64,000 bases of DNA from Thermodesulfobacteriota bacterium (GTDB taxonomy: Bacteria; Desulfobacterota; RBG-13-43-22): contig JBFMBU010000030.1 of assembly GCA_040755035.1 (NCBI GenBank), forward strand, positions 41,045 to 105,044. Reading direction: 5' to 3'. Position numbers and translations under genes: made by a program. The notes below the pieces were generated by a model. It ran no database searches. It had not been told where the DNA came from and saw only the letters and a list, made by a program, of their open reading frames with translations. Shown here one piece after another: positions 50,578 through 59,569 of this stretch (the first letter of the stretch is position 1; the number at the start of each line of letters is the position of its first letter).

Positions 50578-51996
50578 ATGGAAGATCCATCCGAAGAGAA
50601 AAAAAGTGCGGACCCGTTCAAACCCTACCAGGGAAGGTTTGAAAGTTATCAGAAACTGCCGGAAAAAGGGCGTGACCCGAACGACCTTTTCCGGGAACTG
50701 ACGATCATGGCCGAAGAAGAAAACAGCCAATGGAAAACAGGCCGGATCTCGGGCACCTTTTATCATGGCGGGGACGAACACCGGGCCTTTCTGAACAAGG
50801 TTTTCTCCCTCTTCTCCCATGCCAATACCATCCAATTCGATTTGTGTCCGAGCATGTTCAAAATGGAAAGCGAAATCATCGCCATGACCGCGGCCATGCT
50901 TCATGCGGATGCGGTCAGGCATCATAATCCCTCGGACCAGGTCTGCGGAACCGTTACCTCCGGTGGCACGGAAAGCATCCTCATGGCCATGAAGGCCTAC
51001 CGGGACCGGGCCCGGGCCGAAAAAAATATCACCGTTCCGGAGATCATCGTTCCCCATACTGCCCATCCGGCCTTCGATAAGGCGGGAGAATATTTCGGCA
51101 TTAAAATGACTCATATCCCGGTTTCACCACCCGATTTCCTCGTAGATCCCCGCCTCGTGGAAGAGCGCATCACGGCCGACACCGTGGCCCTGGTCGGCAG
51201 CGCCGGCAATTACCCCTATGGACTGATCGACCCCCTAAATCGCCTGTCCGAGATCGCCCTCGCCCATGATATCTGGATGCATGTCGACGGCTGTCTGGGC
51301 GGCTTCATCCTGCCCTGGCTGGAAAAACTGGGTTACCCTATACCAACCTTTGACTTTCGCCTGCCGGGAGTCACTTCCATTTCGGCCGATACCCATAAAT
51401 ATGGATTCGCCCTGAAAGGGACCTCGGTGGTCCTCTACCGCAACAACACCTTCCGCCGCTATCAGTATTTTGCCGTTCCGGACTGGCCCGGGGGATTATA
51501 TGCCTCACCTACCACGGCCGGAAGCCGGTCCGGCGGCCTGACCGCCGCCACCTGGGCGGCCATGATTTATTTAGGGGAAGAGGGCTATTTGAAGGCCGCC
51601 AAAGCCCTGATGGAGGTGGCTGAGGCCATTAAGACCGGTATTAAGGAAATTCCGGAACTGGTCCTGATCGGTGACCCCACTTTCGTCATCAGTTTCCTCT
51701 CCGAAACCGTCGATGTCTATCATGTCAATGATTTCATGAAAACTCGAGGCTGGCGGTTTAATGTCCTGCAACTGCCCCAGGCCCTGCATTTCTGCCTGAC
51801 CCTGCCCCAGACCTCCGTCGATGGAATCGCTGAGCGGTTTATATCTGATTTGAAGGAAGGGGTGGGCTATGCCAAAAGGATGGCCGGAACCGTTGCCCAG
51901 ACTACGGCCCTCTACGGCCTGGCCGGGACCATGGAAGGCAATCAACAGGTGAGGGAAATGGTCCTGGGCGTCTTTGATTATTTATATTCGGTTTAA
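50578..51996 (+). CDS. Group II PLP-dependent decarboxylase/lyase (sphingosine-1-phosphate-lyase / glutamate-decarboxylase-like)
   Basis: SADTHKYGFALKGTSVVLYRN PLP-lysine motif; RBS gggagggg. Confidence 0.75.
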   Translation: MEDPSEEKKSADPFKPYQGRFESYQKLPEKGRDPNDLFRELTIMAEEENSQWKTGRISGTFYHGGDEHRAFLNKVFSLFSHANTIQFDLCPSMFKMESEIIAMTAAMLHADAVRHHNPSDQVCGTVTSGGTESILMAMKAYRDRARAEKNITVPEIIVPHTAHPAFDKAGEYFGIKMTHIPVSPPDFLVDPRLVEERITADTVALVGSAGNYPYGLIDPLNRLSEIALAHDIWMHVDGCLGGFILPWLEKLGYPIPTFDFRLPGVTSISADTHKYGFALKGTSVVLYRNNTFRRYQYFAVPDWPGGLYASPTTAGSRSGGLTAATWAAMIYLGEEGYLKAAKALMEVAEAIKTGIKEIPELVLIGDPTFVISFLSETVDVYHVNDFMKTRGWRFNVLQLPQALHFCLTLPQTSVDGIAERFISDLKEGVGYAKRMAGTVAQTTALYGLAGTMEGNQQVREMVLGVFDYLYSV

Positions 51997-52052
51997 TACG
52001 GCGACAATGCCTCCCTGGCTGCCGGATCCGGTAATCGATCCCCCGCCCTTCT

Positions 52053-53606
52053 TCATTTGCGGATGGTTTTGTTCAACCGTTCACAGATCTTTTTTTGCGA
52101 CCGGTAGTGGCGGACGAATTCGGAGAAAAGCTCATCATAAAGCTTGTGCCGAACCGGTTCAGGAAAGTACTCGGCCTTGATCCGGACCGCCCGGGGGATA
52201 TCTTCCATTTTAAGAATGTTCAGGGCCATGAAAGCCAGAAAGGCCGCACCCCGGACGTTGGCATAAATAGGATCTTTGACCTGCCGGATTTTCCTGTCCA
52301 GTACATCAGCCAAAATCTGGGCCCAGGGATCGGAATTGGCCCCTCCGCCGATGAAATTGAGGGAGGGGAAGGGCCTTTTCATAAAGGCCTCAATGGGATT
52401 GAGAAGCCATCTGGCGTTGAGGGCGATCCCTTCAAAAACCGCCCGGACCATATCCGCCCGGGTATTCTCCAGAGAGAGGTTGAAAAAAGAGGATCGGATG
52501 CAGGGATCTTCCACCGGGGTCCGTTCGCCATAGAGCCAGGGGGTGAAAATGACACCGTTGGCCCCTGCGGGGACCTCGGCGACGATGCGGTCCATCAGCC
52601 AGTAAACTTCGGTAACCTCCCCACCGTCCTTTGGCTCGGGCCAAGGGGGAAAAATATTTTCAGAAAGCCAGGCCAGACATTTCCCGGCGCTTTCCTGTTC
52701 TGAAAGGATGAGGTAGCGGCCGGAGATGGGGCTGGGAAAGGAACCGAAATTGTGGCCAAGGTCGGTTTTCTTAAAGGGGACAGGGGCGGAGATCCAGGAG
52801 GAATTGCCGATATACAGATGGCCTTCATAATCCCGGACGGCACCGGAGCCGATACCGGCGGAATGTACATCAGGGGTGCCTCCGATAACCGGGATCGAGG
52901 GCAACAGCCCTAATTCCAAGGCCACCTCTTTTTTTAACGGACCCAGGATATCCATGGCCTGGATCAGATCGGGCAGTTTTTCCCGCCTTAGGCCGGCTGT
53001 TTTTATCAATCGGTCGGAATAGGCGATTCGGTCGGGGTGGCGGTTGTCGGTCACCCAGTAAAGCAGGATGGAATCAAAAGTGGCGGCAAACCGGCCGGTC
53101 AGACAGAGATTGATGAAATCCTTGGGATCAAGAAATTTGAACGTTTCCCGATAAACCTCCGGGCGGTTTTTTTTGATCCAGAGGATATGACTCAGGGAGT
53201 CCTTCCCCGACCGGGCCGGAGCGCCTCCGGTGAGCCTCAACCAGGTCAGCAGTTTAAAAAGCGGGTAACCGCTGATCCTGATCATCCCTTTCAGGAATTC
53301 ACTCATGGCCTCGGCTCCCCGGCAATCCATCCAGATGATAGCCTTCATCAGGGGCCGGCCCAGGGAATCGACAGCGACGGTTCCGGACCACTGGGAAGTG
53401 ACGCTGACGGCCAGGATGTCTTCGGCCCGGACCCGGCTTTGGGCCAACACTTTTTTGGCCGTGGTCATGACAGCCTTCCACCAGCCCTCCGCATCCTGTT
53501 CGGCACCGCCGCCGGGAGAAAGGAGGACCGGGGTTGCTTCAAATTCACAGGCCAGGACATCACCGTACTTGGAGATCAAGGCCGTCTTCGGCCCCGATGT
53601 ACCCAA
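52053..53606 (-). CDS. FGGY-family carbohydrate kinase, possibly 5'-disrupted (no canonical in-frame start preserving the N-terminal motif)
   Basis: FGGY N- and C-domains. The upstream in-frame sequence still encodes EREKYILAIDLGTSGPK, but has no ATG or GTG before a stop. The track start is a TTG that would delete the conserved Asp. Confidence 0.65.
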   Translation of the reverse strand: MGTSGPKTALISKYGDVLACEFEATPVLLSPGGGAEQDAEGWWKAVMTTAKKVLAQSRVRAEDILAVSVTSQWSGTVAVDSLGRPLMKAIIWMDCRGAEAMSEFLKGMIRISGYPLFKLLTWLRLTGGAPARSGKDSLSHILWIKKNRPEVYRETFKFLDPKDFINLCLTGRFAATFDSILLYWVTDNRHPDRIAYSDRLIKTAGLRREKLPDLIQAMDILGPLKKEVALELGLLPSIPVIGGTPDVHSAGIGSGAVRDYEGHLYIGNSSWISAPVPFKKTDLGHNFGSFPSPISGRYLILSEQESAGKCLAWLSENIFPPWPEPKDGGEVTEVYWLMDRIVAEVPAGANGVIFTPWLYGERTPVEDPCIRSSFFNLSLENTRADMVRAVFEGIALNARWLLNPIEAFMKRPFPSLNFIGGGANSDPWAQILADVLDRKIRQVKDPIYANVRGAAFLAFMALNILKMEDIPRAVRIKAEYFPEPVRHKLYDELFSEFVRHYRSQKKICERLNKTIRK

Positions 53607-53679
53607 GTCGATAGCCAGAATGTATTTTTCTCGTTCGGTCAGCTGCTTTCCCTTTCCCTGAATTCGGTCCCGGGTGAAT

Positions 53680-53812
53680 GATCCGTCCTCAATCCCCCTT
53701 TTTCCGCCGGGAAAGGTTTTTGGCCAGGGTGGTTTTCCCGACTTGCCTGGGGCCGAGCAAGGCTACGGAAGGGAAAGGATTGGGCCTGCGGGATAGTAAT
53801 TTTTTCAGTTTT
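53680..53812 (-). pseudogene. 44-aa N-terminal remnant of a P-loop AAA ATPase (COG1373/DUF4143-like)
   Basis: MNKRKLKKLLSRRPNPFPSVALLGPRQVGKTTLAKNL then a stop. Confidence 0.5.
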
Positions 53813-54023
53813 CTTTTGTTCATTCTTTACTTTTTAGAAAGTAATTTCTATTTTACAAGAAAAGAATAGAACTCGAGACAACGATTGTCTGCCGCTATCA
53901 ATTTTGCCTAAAACGAACTATCGCCCCTTTTCAGAACCCACAGGTAGAATCATTTTCCTTTCAGTTCAATGGATTGCCCTGGCCCGACCCCTTTTACAGC
54001 CGTTCCTGACTGGAAATAACGGG

Positions 54024-54416
54024 TTAATAAGAAACCGGCAGGATGTCTGTTTGTGAAAAATCTTCTCCTTTGAACAGGAGAGGTTCCCCGGCATATTTCG
54101 CCAGAGCATAGGCACAGCAATCCCCAATATTCAGACCGGCCGGATGATTCCCTTTTCCGTAATGGCGCCAGGCCACTCGGGCTATTTCGGACTGATCGGG
54201 ATTCATGGATACGATTTCCATCTGGGTTCGGTGGAGCAGCAGATCAAGTTCCCGCCCCCCGGGTTCACCCTTTTTAGCTTCGATGACGATAGCCGTTTCC
54301 AGCCAATTAATAACACTGATTATACGACGTGGATCATTCGCGATGGCCTGGGCAAAGCGCCCGGCTTCCATTTCATCCAGCAGAAGGGCAATAAGTGCTG
54401 AAGAGTCTATGACCAT
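54024..54416 (-). CDS. vapC: PIN-domain toxin VapC
   Basis: PIN acidic residues; 130 aa; overlaps the vapB stop. Confidence 0.85.
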   Translation of the reverse strand: MVIDSSALIALLLDEMEAGRFAQAIANDPRRIISVINWLETAIVIEAKKGEPGGRELDLLLHRTQMEIVSMNPDQSEIARVAWRHYGKGNHPAGLNIGDCCAYALAKYAGEPLLFKGEDFSQTDILPVSY

Positions 54417-54670
54417 TATTCCGGAACCCCTTCCTGATTATAATTCAGAATTTGCTCCGCATTCCTGGAATCTTTGTCAGGGATACGACCGCACCGGTGG
54501 GCTATCTTCAACATTTCTCCTGCAAGGTCCACAGGTTCTTTTTTCCCCTGAATTCGTAGCAGGCGGTCTTCTAAGGCATTAATAATGGCCTGGGTAATAG
54601 TCTGCCCACTTTTTGCAGCCAATTCCCTGGCTAATTTTTCAGCCCTGGGGTTATGTATACTTAAGGGCAT
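54416..54670 (-). CDS. vapB: VapB/FitA-like antitoxin
   Basis: Length 84 aa; FitA-like N-terminus; coupled to vapC. Confidence 0.75.
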   Translation of the reverse strand: MPLSIHNPRAEKLARELAAKSGQTITQAIINALEDRLLRIQGKKEPVDLAGEMLKIAHRCGRIPDKDSRNAEQILNYNQEGVPE

Positions 54671-54822
54671 ATTATTCTCCTATTAGTATATTTTATTTAT
54701 TTTTTTATATATTATATAATTAAACCTGTCAAGAGAATTAGAGAAATGAAAACAAGCTCAGAAGAAGAGGTTTTCTCCAGAAAATAGAAAAGGAAAATAT
54801 GTAAAGGTTAAGAGGTGTTAAT

Positions 54823-54899
54823 GATCGCCCATATGGAGCCATTGCAAGATCGTTTAATGGCGCCACCTCGTGATCGCCTATTGGAGCCACTTAAAGTCG
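54823..54899 (+). repeat. Two imperfect about-30-bp direct repeats (gatcgcccatatggagccattgcaagatcg / gatcgcctattggagccacttaaagtcg)
   Basis: Seen directly, between the vapBC promoter region and higBA. Confidence 0.4.
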
Positions 54900-55172
54900 C
54901 CAAAGGGTCTCGTATAAGGGGACATTCGTTCTGAAAGTGCTTTGCAAAAAAAGACAGTCAATCAAAAGAAAAGAGTCGATGATCTTGGAGGAATTGCGGT
55001 CGTTAGTTGATGGTCTGGATTGAAATGGTTTTCCGATAACTGTGGCGAAGGGGCCACACCCGTTTCCATTCGGAACGGGTTGATTAAACCCTTCCAAGGC
55101 ACCCTTAATATTAACTCCCGCCTCTATCGATTCTCACTTGACAATAATATCCTTTTGAGATATTACTTCATC

Positions 55173-55454
55173 ATGATCAAGAAGTTCAAATGCAAGGAAA
55201 CCGAGAAGCTATTTAACGGGCGGTTTTCTTCAAAATTACCGCAAACGATTCAACGATCAGCGGCCATCAAATTGAAAATGATTAATGCCGCAACTCGGCT
55301 GGAAACCTTGCGTATTCCTCCGTCTAATAATCTGGAAGTATTGCAAAGAGAAAGAGAGGGGCAATATAGTATCCGGATCAATAAACAATGGCGTATTTGT
55401 TTTGTTTGGAAAAACGGTGATGCTTTTGATGTAGAAATTGTTGATTACCATTGA
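55173..55454 (+). CDS. higB: HigB toxin (RelE/ParE superfamily)
   Basis: MIKKFKCKETEKLF...NGDAFDVEIVDYH, a classic HigB. Confidence 0.9.
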   Translation: MIKKFKCKETEKLFNGRFSSKLPQTIQRSAAIKLKMINAATRLETLRIPPSNNLEVLQREREGQYSIRINKQWRICFVWKNGDAFDVEIVDYH

Positions 55455-55771
55455 AAGGTGACATCATGAAAAAACGTGATTTTCCCCCCATCCATCCCGG
55501 CGAAATCCTTTTGCAGGAATTCTTGATACCCTTGGGAATCAGCCAGTATCGCCTGGCCAAAGATATTGGCGTAACACCTCGTCGAATTAACGAAATCGTA
55601 AACGGCCGGCGGGCCATTAGCGCCGACACAGCCATCCGACTGGGGCGCTTTTTCAATATGGAGGTTAATTTCTGGCTAAATCTTCAATCCCATTATGATA
55701 TGGAAATGGCTTTTGATGTTCTTCAAGACAGGTTAGAAACCGAAGTTCGCCCCTTTTCTCGTGCGGCTTGA
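55451..55771 (+). CDS. higA: HigA antitoxin (XRE-family HTH)
   Basis: HPGEIL...RLAKDIGV...VNGRRAIS HTH; 4-nt overlap with higB. Confidence 0.9.
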   Translation: MKGDIMKKRDFPPIHPGEILLQEFLIPLGISQYRLAKDIGVTPRRINEIVNGRRAISADTAIRLGRFFNMEVNFWLNLQSHYDMEMAFDVLQDRLETEVRPFSRAA

Positions 55772-56129
55772 CATCCATGATAAGTAAAGTCAAGGGGAAA
55801 ATGGAGGTTTCCCCTGACCATCCGGAATACCTATCTCCCGGCGGTTTATCTACATCAATCTGCCGACACTTGATCTTTTTATTCGGACTTTTGGGTCGCC
55901 GTTTATTGATCAGGCGACCAGACATCCATTTGCTGTAATGAGGTCTGATAAGGCTTCTTTTACACCCTATCGTCAATGACCTCTAAAGGAGATTGAGTTT
56001 AGGTCAACCCGCCGGCCTCGAAACACAATACCGTTGCATGGCCCTTTTGACCTGCATAGTCCCCAGGACGGCAAGGTCCGGCGGGAAGATCTTTCTTTTG
56101 GCAAATCTATTTAACGCTGCTTTGGAATT

Positions 56130-57590
56130 CTAAGTGGGTACCCCTTTATCCGGTTGTAATTTTTTAAATTCACTAGCGGCTGCGATAATGGGCTTCTAAC
56201 CGGCTCGTCGGAGGAGCCGCCTACCACTATTGGGAGGACCCGGGGGAAACCCGGAAACGCCTATCTAAGGTTCCTTCCTCAGGCGGCCTGCCTTTCTCCC
56301 AGAAGTTGGAGACCGGTTTGTTGTTTGTCCACGGCTAGCATATAGGCCACCAGCTTCCTGGCTACAGCCAAGGTGGCCCTGTTTGGGGTCCCTTTTTGTA
56401 ACTCCCGTTCATGCAAGATAGCCAGTGGGCGGTTCCAGCGCGGCGCAAGTTTTGCAGCCTCAATGAGTATGGTTTGCAAATGTTTGTTCCGTTTTTTGGA
56501 AATCGGTCCCCGCTGTTCTTTGGCGGCCGATTCCCGTTGAGCACTGCAAAGGCCACAATAGCTGACTGCTTGGCGGATGGAACCAAATCGTCCTGGCTCA
56601 CCGACCTCCAGTACCCAGGTCAAAGCCGTCAGTTCACCAATCCCCCGAATGCCCATAAGACCTTCCATCCGATCCCTTATCAAATCGTTATGGCGCAAGG
56701 CTTCCACCAGCCTTTTCTGGCAGGAAGAAAATATCTCATAGTTGGACCGGCTCAGCTTCAGAGGCTCCTTGACCGATGGAGGGATTTCTTCCACCCGTTC
56801 CAGAAACTCACGGAAATATTTTTTACCGTGAATCCGTTTCTTGCTGTAGGTTACTCCAACTTCCATCAGTAGCCCGGTCATCTTGTTCTGCATCTTGACG
56901 GCCGTCCGAACTATATGGTTTCGATATCGTAAGATCCGTCGCAGTTCCCTTATCTCTTCCGGTAGCATATGACATTCCGGAAGAAGATCAACCCGCAGCA
57001 AATCGACTATGCGCTCGGCATCGGCCCGGTCGTTCTTTTTCTTGGCCGCTGTTATGGCTCTTAACATCTCAGGATGAGCTACTTTGAGATCAACTGCATG
57101 TGGCTTCAGAAAATCGTAAACCCAGCCAGTGAATATCGTCGCTTCCATCGCCCCAACCCAAGGCCCCGGCAACCCTTTTCCCCATTCCAACAAAGATGAC
57201 CTGCTGGCTTCAATCCTCCCCTGGTTATATAACCTTCCAGTATTTGTTTTAATACAATAAGCGATTATCCTCTTGTGAATATCCAGCCCAATATAGTAAA
57301 CTCTTTTCATGGAAACCTCTTTCTGGTTTGGTTCTGAGCGAGAACGCTCGTCTCCGCTGCTTGTCTCTTTAAGCATTTTCCACCACCTGGAGGTTTCCTG
57401 CAACTCCTTTTACTTATGCATTCAAACACAATAAGTAATTTCAAAACAATTGAGTAATGGTTTTAAGGAATTGAGCGAATAGGAGAAAAAAGGCGCAACA
57501 GATGAGAGAAAGCGGTCAGAAGCCACATAACCAAATCACTCAACCGGACGGCGGGTTGAGCCCGCCGCCGGTTAGCTCGCCGTTCGGAAT
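56130..57590 (-). mobile_element. IS110-family insertion sequence (boundaries approximate)
   Basis: IS110-type transposase gene with about 280-nt upstream and about 150-nt downstream non-coding flanks, and a GC hairpin at about 57544-57571. No terminal IRs, as is typical for IS110. Confidence 0.45.
56279..57310 (-). CDS. IS110-family transposase
   Basis: N-terminal MKRVYYIGLDIHK (DEDD_Tnp_IS110) and C-terminal Transposase_20-like HTH; RBS aagagg. Confidence 0.85.
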   Translation of the reverse strand: MKRVYYIGLDIHKRIIAYCIKTNTGRLYNQGRIEASRSSLLEWGKGLPGPWVGAMEATIFTGWVYDFLKPHAVDLKVAHPEMLRAITAAKKKNDRADAERIVDLLRVDLLPECHMLPEEIRELRRILRYRNHIVRTAVKMQNKMTGLLMEVGVTYSKKRIHGKKYFREFLERVEEIPPSVKEPLKLSRSNYEIFSSCQKRLVEALRHNDLIRDRMEGLMGIRGIGELTALTWVLEVGEPGRFGSIRQAVSYCGLCSAQRESAAKEQRGPISKKRNKHLQTILIEAAKLAPRWNRPLAILHERELQKGTPNRATLAVARKLVAYMLAVDKQQTGLQLLGERQAA

Positions 57591-57596
57591 TGAAAA

Positions 57597-57803
57597 ATGA
57601 GATTCGATATCTATGGAAAATTTCAACTCCAGGTTGAACGGGAGGATGGAAAGTGGCGAGCATATAAAATTGGAAATGGTTTGCGCATTCCCCTCCATAA
57701 TTTAATAATTCCTTCAGAGGTGTCCCCTGAGGATTTACCCGCCTTCTTAGATGATGTTTTTCACGAGGCGGCAACTCCAGAGAAGAAGGTATTTGAAATA
57801 TGA
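57597..57803 (+). CDS. Small conserved hypothetical protein (68 aa)
   Basis: ORF only; the sequence looks like a recurring small protein family, identity unknown. Confidence 0.4.
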   Translation: MRFDIYGKFQLQVEREDGKWRAYKIGNGLRIPLHNLIIPSEVSPEDLPAFLDDVFHEAATPEKKVFEI

Positions 57804-57942
57804 GCCTCGCTAAAGTGAGCTTGATGGCTGCCTACCCTGTCATTTCCGGAATCCAGGGCGAAGCCCCATGTCCAGACCGGCCCTTCAAAGCACCCTGGCC
57901 TTTGCTGAATTCTTGTTAAAAAATATGGGGAGGTAAAAATCC

Positions 57943-58530
57943 ATGAAAACCCCATTATTGACAACTAAACGATTGATTTTGAAACCGATCGCTCTGTCGG
58001 ATGCACCAGCGATTCAAAAGTATTTTAACAATTGGAATATTATTAAAAATCTGACTACTGACGTTCCCTGGCCCTATCCTGATGATGGCGCTGAATATTT
58101 TTTGAAAAATATTGCCTTGCCCAAAGTGGCGGAAGGAGCTTCATTACTGTGGGGCATTCATATTAAAAATGGCCCGGACGAACCGGTTGGAATTATTGAA
58201 TATCGGTTTAATAACGATTTGGGTCGAGGGAATCGAGGCTTCTGGCTTGCCGAACCTTTTTGGGGAAAGGGATATATGACCGAAGCGGTTACAGCCGTAC
58301 AAGACCACCTATTTTTTGAACTGGGCATCAATCGTATCATTGTTTTAAATGCGAAAAGTAATAGCGGCTCACGTCGCGTAAAAGAAAAAACGGGTGCGAA
58401 ATTTATTAGTCATTGTAAACTTGAGCATAGAAGTGGTGAGACAGAATCCGAGAAATGGGAAATCACCTTTGAATCCTGGGCAATTATTCGAGGGAAATCT
58501 TTAACGGAAAGGGGGGCGTCCCCTATATAG
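57943..58530 (+). CDS. GNAT N-acetyltransferase (RimJ/RimL-like)
   Basis: MKTPLLTTKRLILKPI...; GNAT motif A GKGYMTEAV. Confidence 0.85.
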   Translation: MKTPLLTTKRLILKPIALSDAPAIQKYFNNWNIIKNLTTDVPWPYPDDGAEYFLKNIALPKVAEGASLLWGIHIKNGPDEPVGIIEYRFNNDLGRGNRGFWLAEPFWGKGYMTEAVTAVQDHLFFELGINRIIVLNAKSNSGSRRVKEKTGAKFISHCKLEHRSGETESEKWEITFESWAIIRGKSLTERGASPI

Positions 58531-58805
58531 TGACTATTGAATCTCCCTCTGTGAATCTAAGTTTTGGGCCGCGACTGCTTGTTGATTCGTTTGGATTAAG
58601 GTCTCAGAAAAAGATGTTTGGGGTCTATACCGCCCCCATTTGGATGATATTTTCGGCCTGGTAGTCCGGCCCAAAAAATTCCAGATCCCGGAGGAAATCA
58701 ATCTGGCCAAAGTAAACCGTTGGAAGGCCTGCTGGCCCAAGCTTCGTAATATACCTTGGTAAGCGGATTTTCAATTAAAGACAACCAACATTTTAAAAAA
58801 TTTTC

Positions 58806-59143
58806 ATGCCGGCCGGGAGAGATATGACTTTTCAGGAAATGCAGAAAGGGGTTTTAGCGGTCGCCGACACCTATGGAAAGCGGTTCGGCATTACAATTGA
58901 CCAGAACTTTGCTTTACTCAAGCTCTACGAAGAAGTGGGGGAATATGCCCAGGCGGTTTTGATTCAATTAAAAAAAGCACAACTGAAAAAATAAGATCGG
59001 ACGAAGAAACCAGGGTACTGCTGGTTGAAGAACTGGCTGATATTATCGGACTGGTCCGTGTGAATGCTAAGCTTTTCGGGATAGACTTGGAAAAGGCTAT
59101 TAAGGAAAAATGGCTCGATCGGGCTTACGCAAACTTGGATTAA
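58806..59143 (+). pseudogene. MazG-like nucleotide pyrophosphohydrolase interrupted by a -1 frameshift in an A6 run (about 58986-58991)
   Basis: The N-terminal part ends ...LKKAQLKK-stop. The 3' part continues in the -1 frame as IRSDEETRVLLVEELADIIGL...; one extra A restores a single ORF with the EExxE...EELxD motifs. Confidence 0.6.
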
Positions 59144-59177
59144 AGAGGGTAACTGAATGCGGTCAAGAGGTTATGGA

Positions 59178-59468
59178 TCAAAATGAAATCCATCGCCCTT
59201 TGTTTAATTGAATTTTTTGTTGTGATCCGGAATTTAAAAAAATCTGCTCATTCGAGTATGTTCCCCGCTTTAACCAAAAACTCTTTTTCAATTCCATCAA
59301 TGACCAGTCACGCTTTTCGTCAAAAGGGATGCTGTTTCGCAACTCCCGGGTATATAACCATACCGGCCCGCTCCTCTCTTTTTCCGGATCGGCAAGAAGT
59401 AAGGCATAACCGGGATAAAACTGGTAATCCCCCAGCACCACCCATCCAGATTTAATCCGGCAAATCAC
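59178..59468 (-). CDS. Hypothetical protein (96 aa)
   Basis: ORF only. Confidence 0.3.
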   Translation of the reverse strand: MICRIKSGWVVLGDYQFYPGYALLLADPEKERSGPVWLYTRELRNSIPFDEKRDWSLMELKKSFWLKRGTYSNEQIFLNSGSQQKIQLNKGRWISF

Positions 59469-59569
59469 CTAAGGATTCTTTCCGGCCCGGGCCAGTTCAA
59501 CCCTTTTTTCCACCAATGTTTTCATATTTCCCTTGCGTATAAAAAAATATTGAAGGGCAGGGGCTGTTA

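Noticed and set aside
53813-54023. Searched the AT-rich spacer and other island junctions (also 60186-60595) for a tRNA or tmRNA integration target
   Set aside because: No tRNA-like acceptor or T-arm sequences (GGTTCGAATCC-type) were recognisable.
55665-55976. 103-aa minus-strand ORF overlapping the 3' end of higA and extending toward the IS110 flank
   Set aside because: It overlaps a confidently called gene on the opposite strand and has no domain signal; likely spurious.
57597-58530. Small ORF plus GNAT as a DUF1778/GNAT (TacAT/AtaRT-type) toxin-antitoxin pair
   Set aside because: The GNAT has a RimJ/RimL-type N-terminus. The genes are 139 nt apart rather than overlapping, and the small protein shows no RHH signature.
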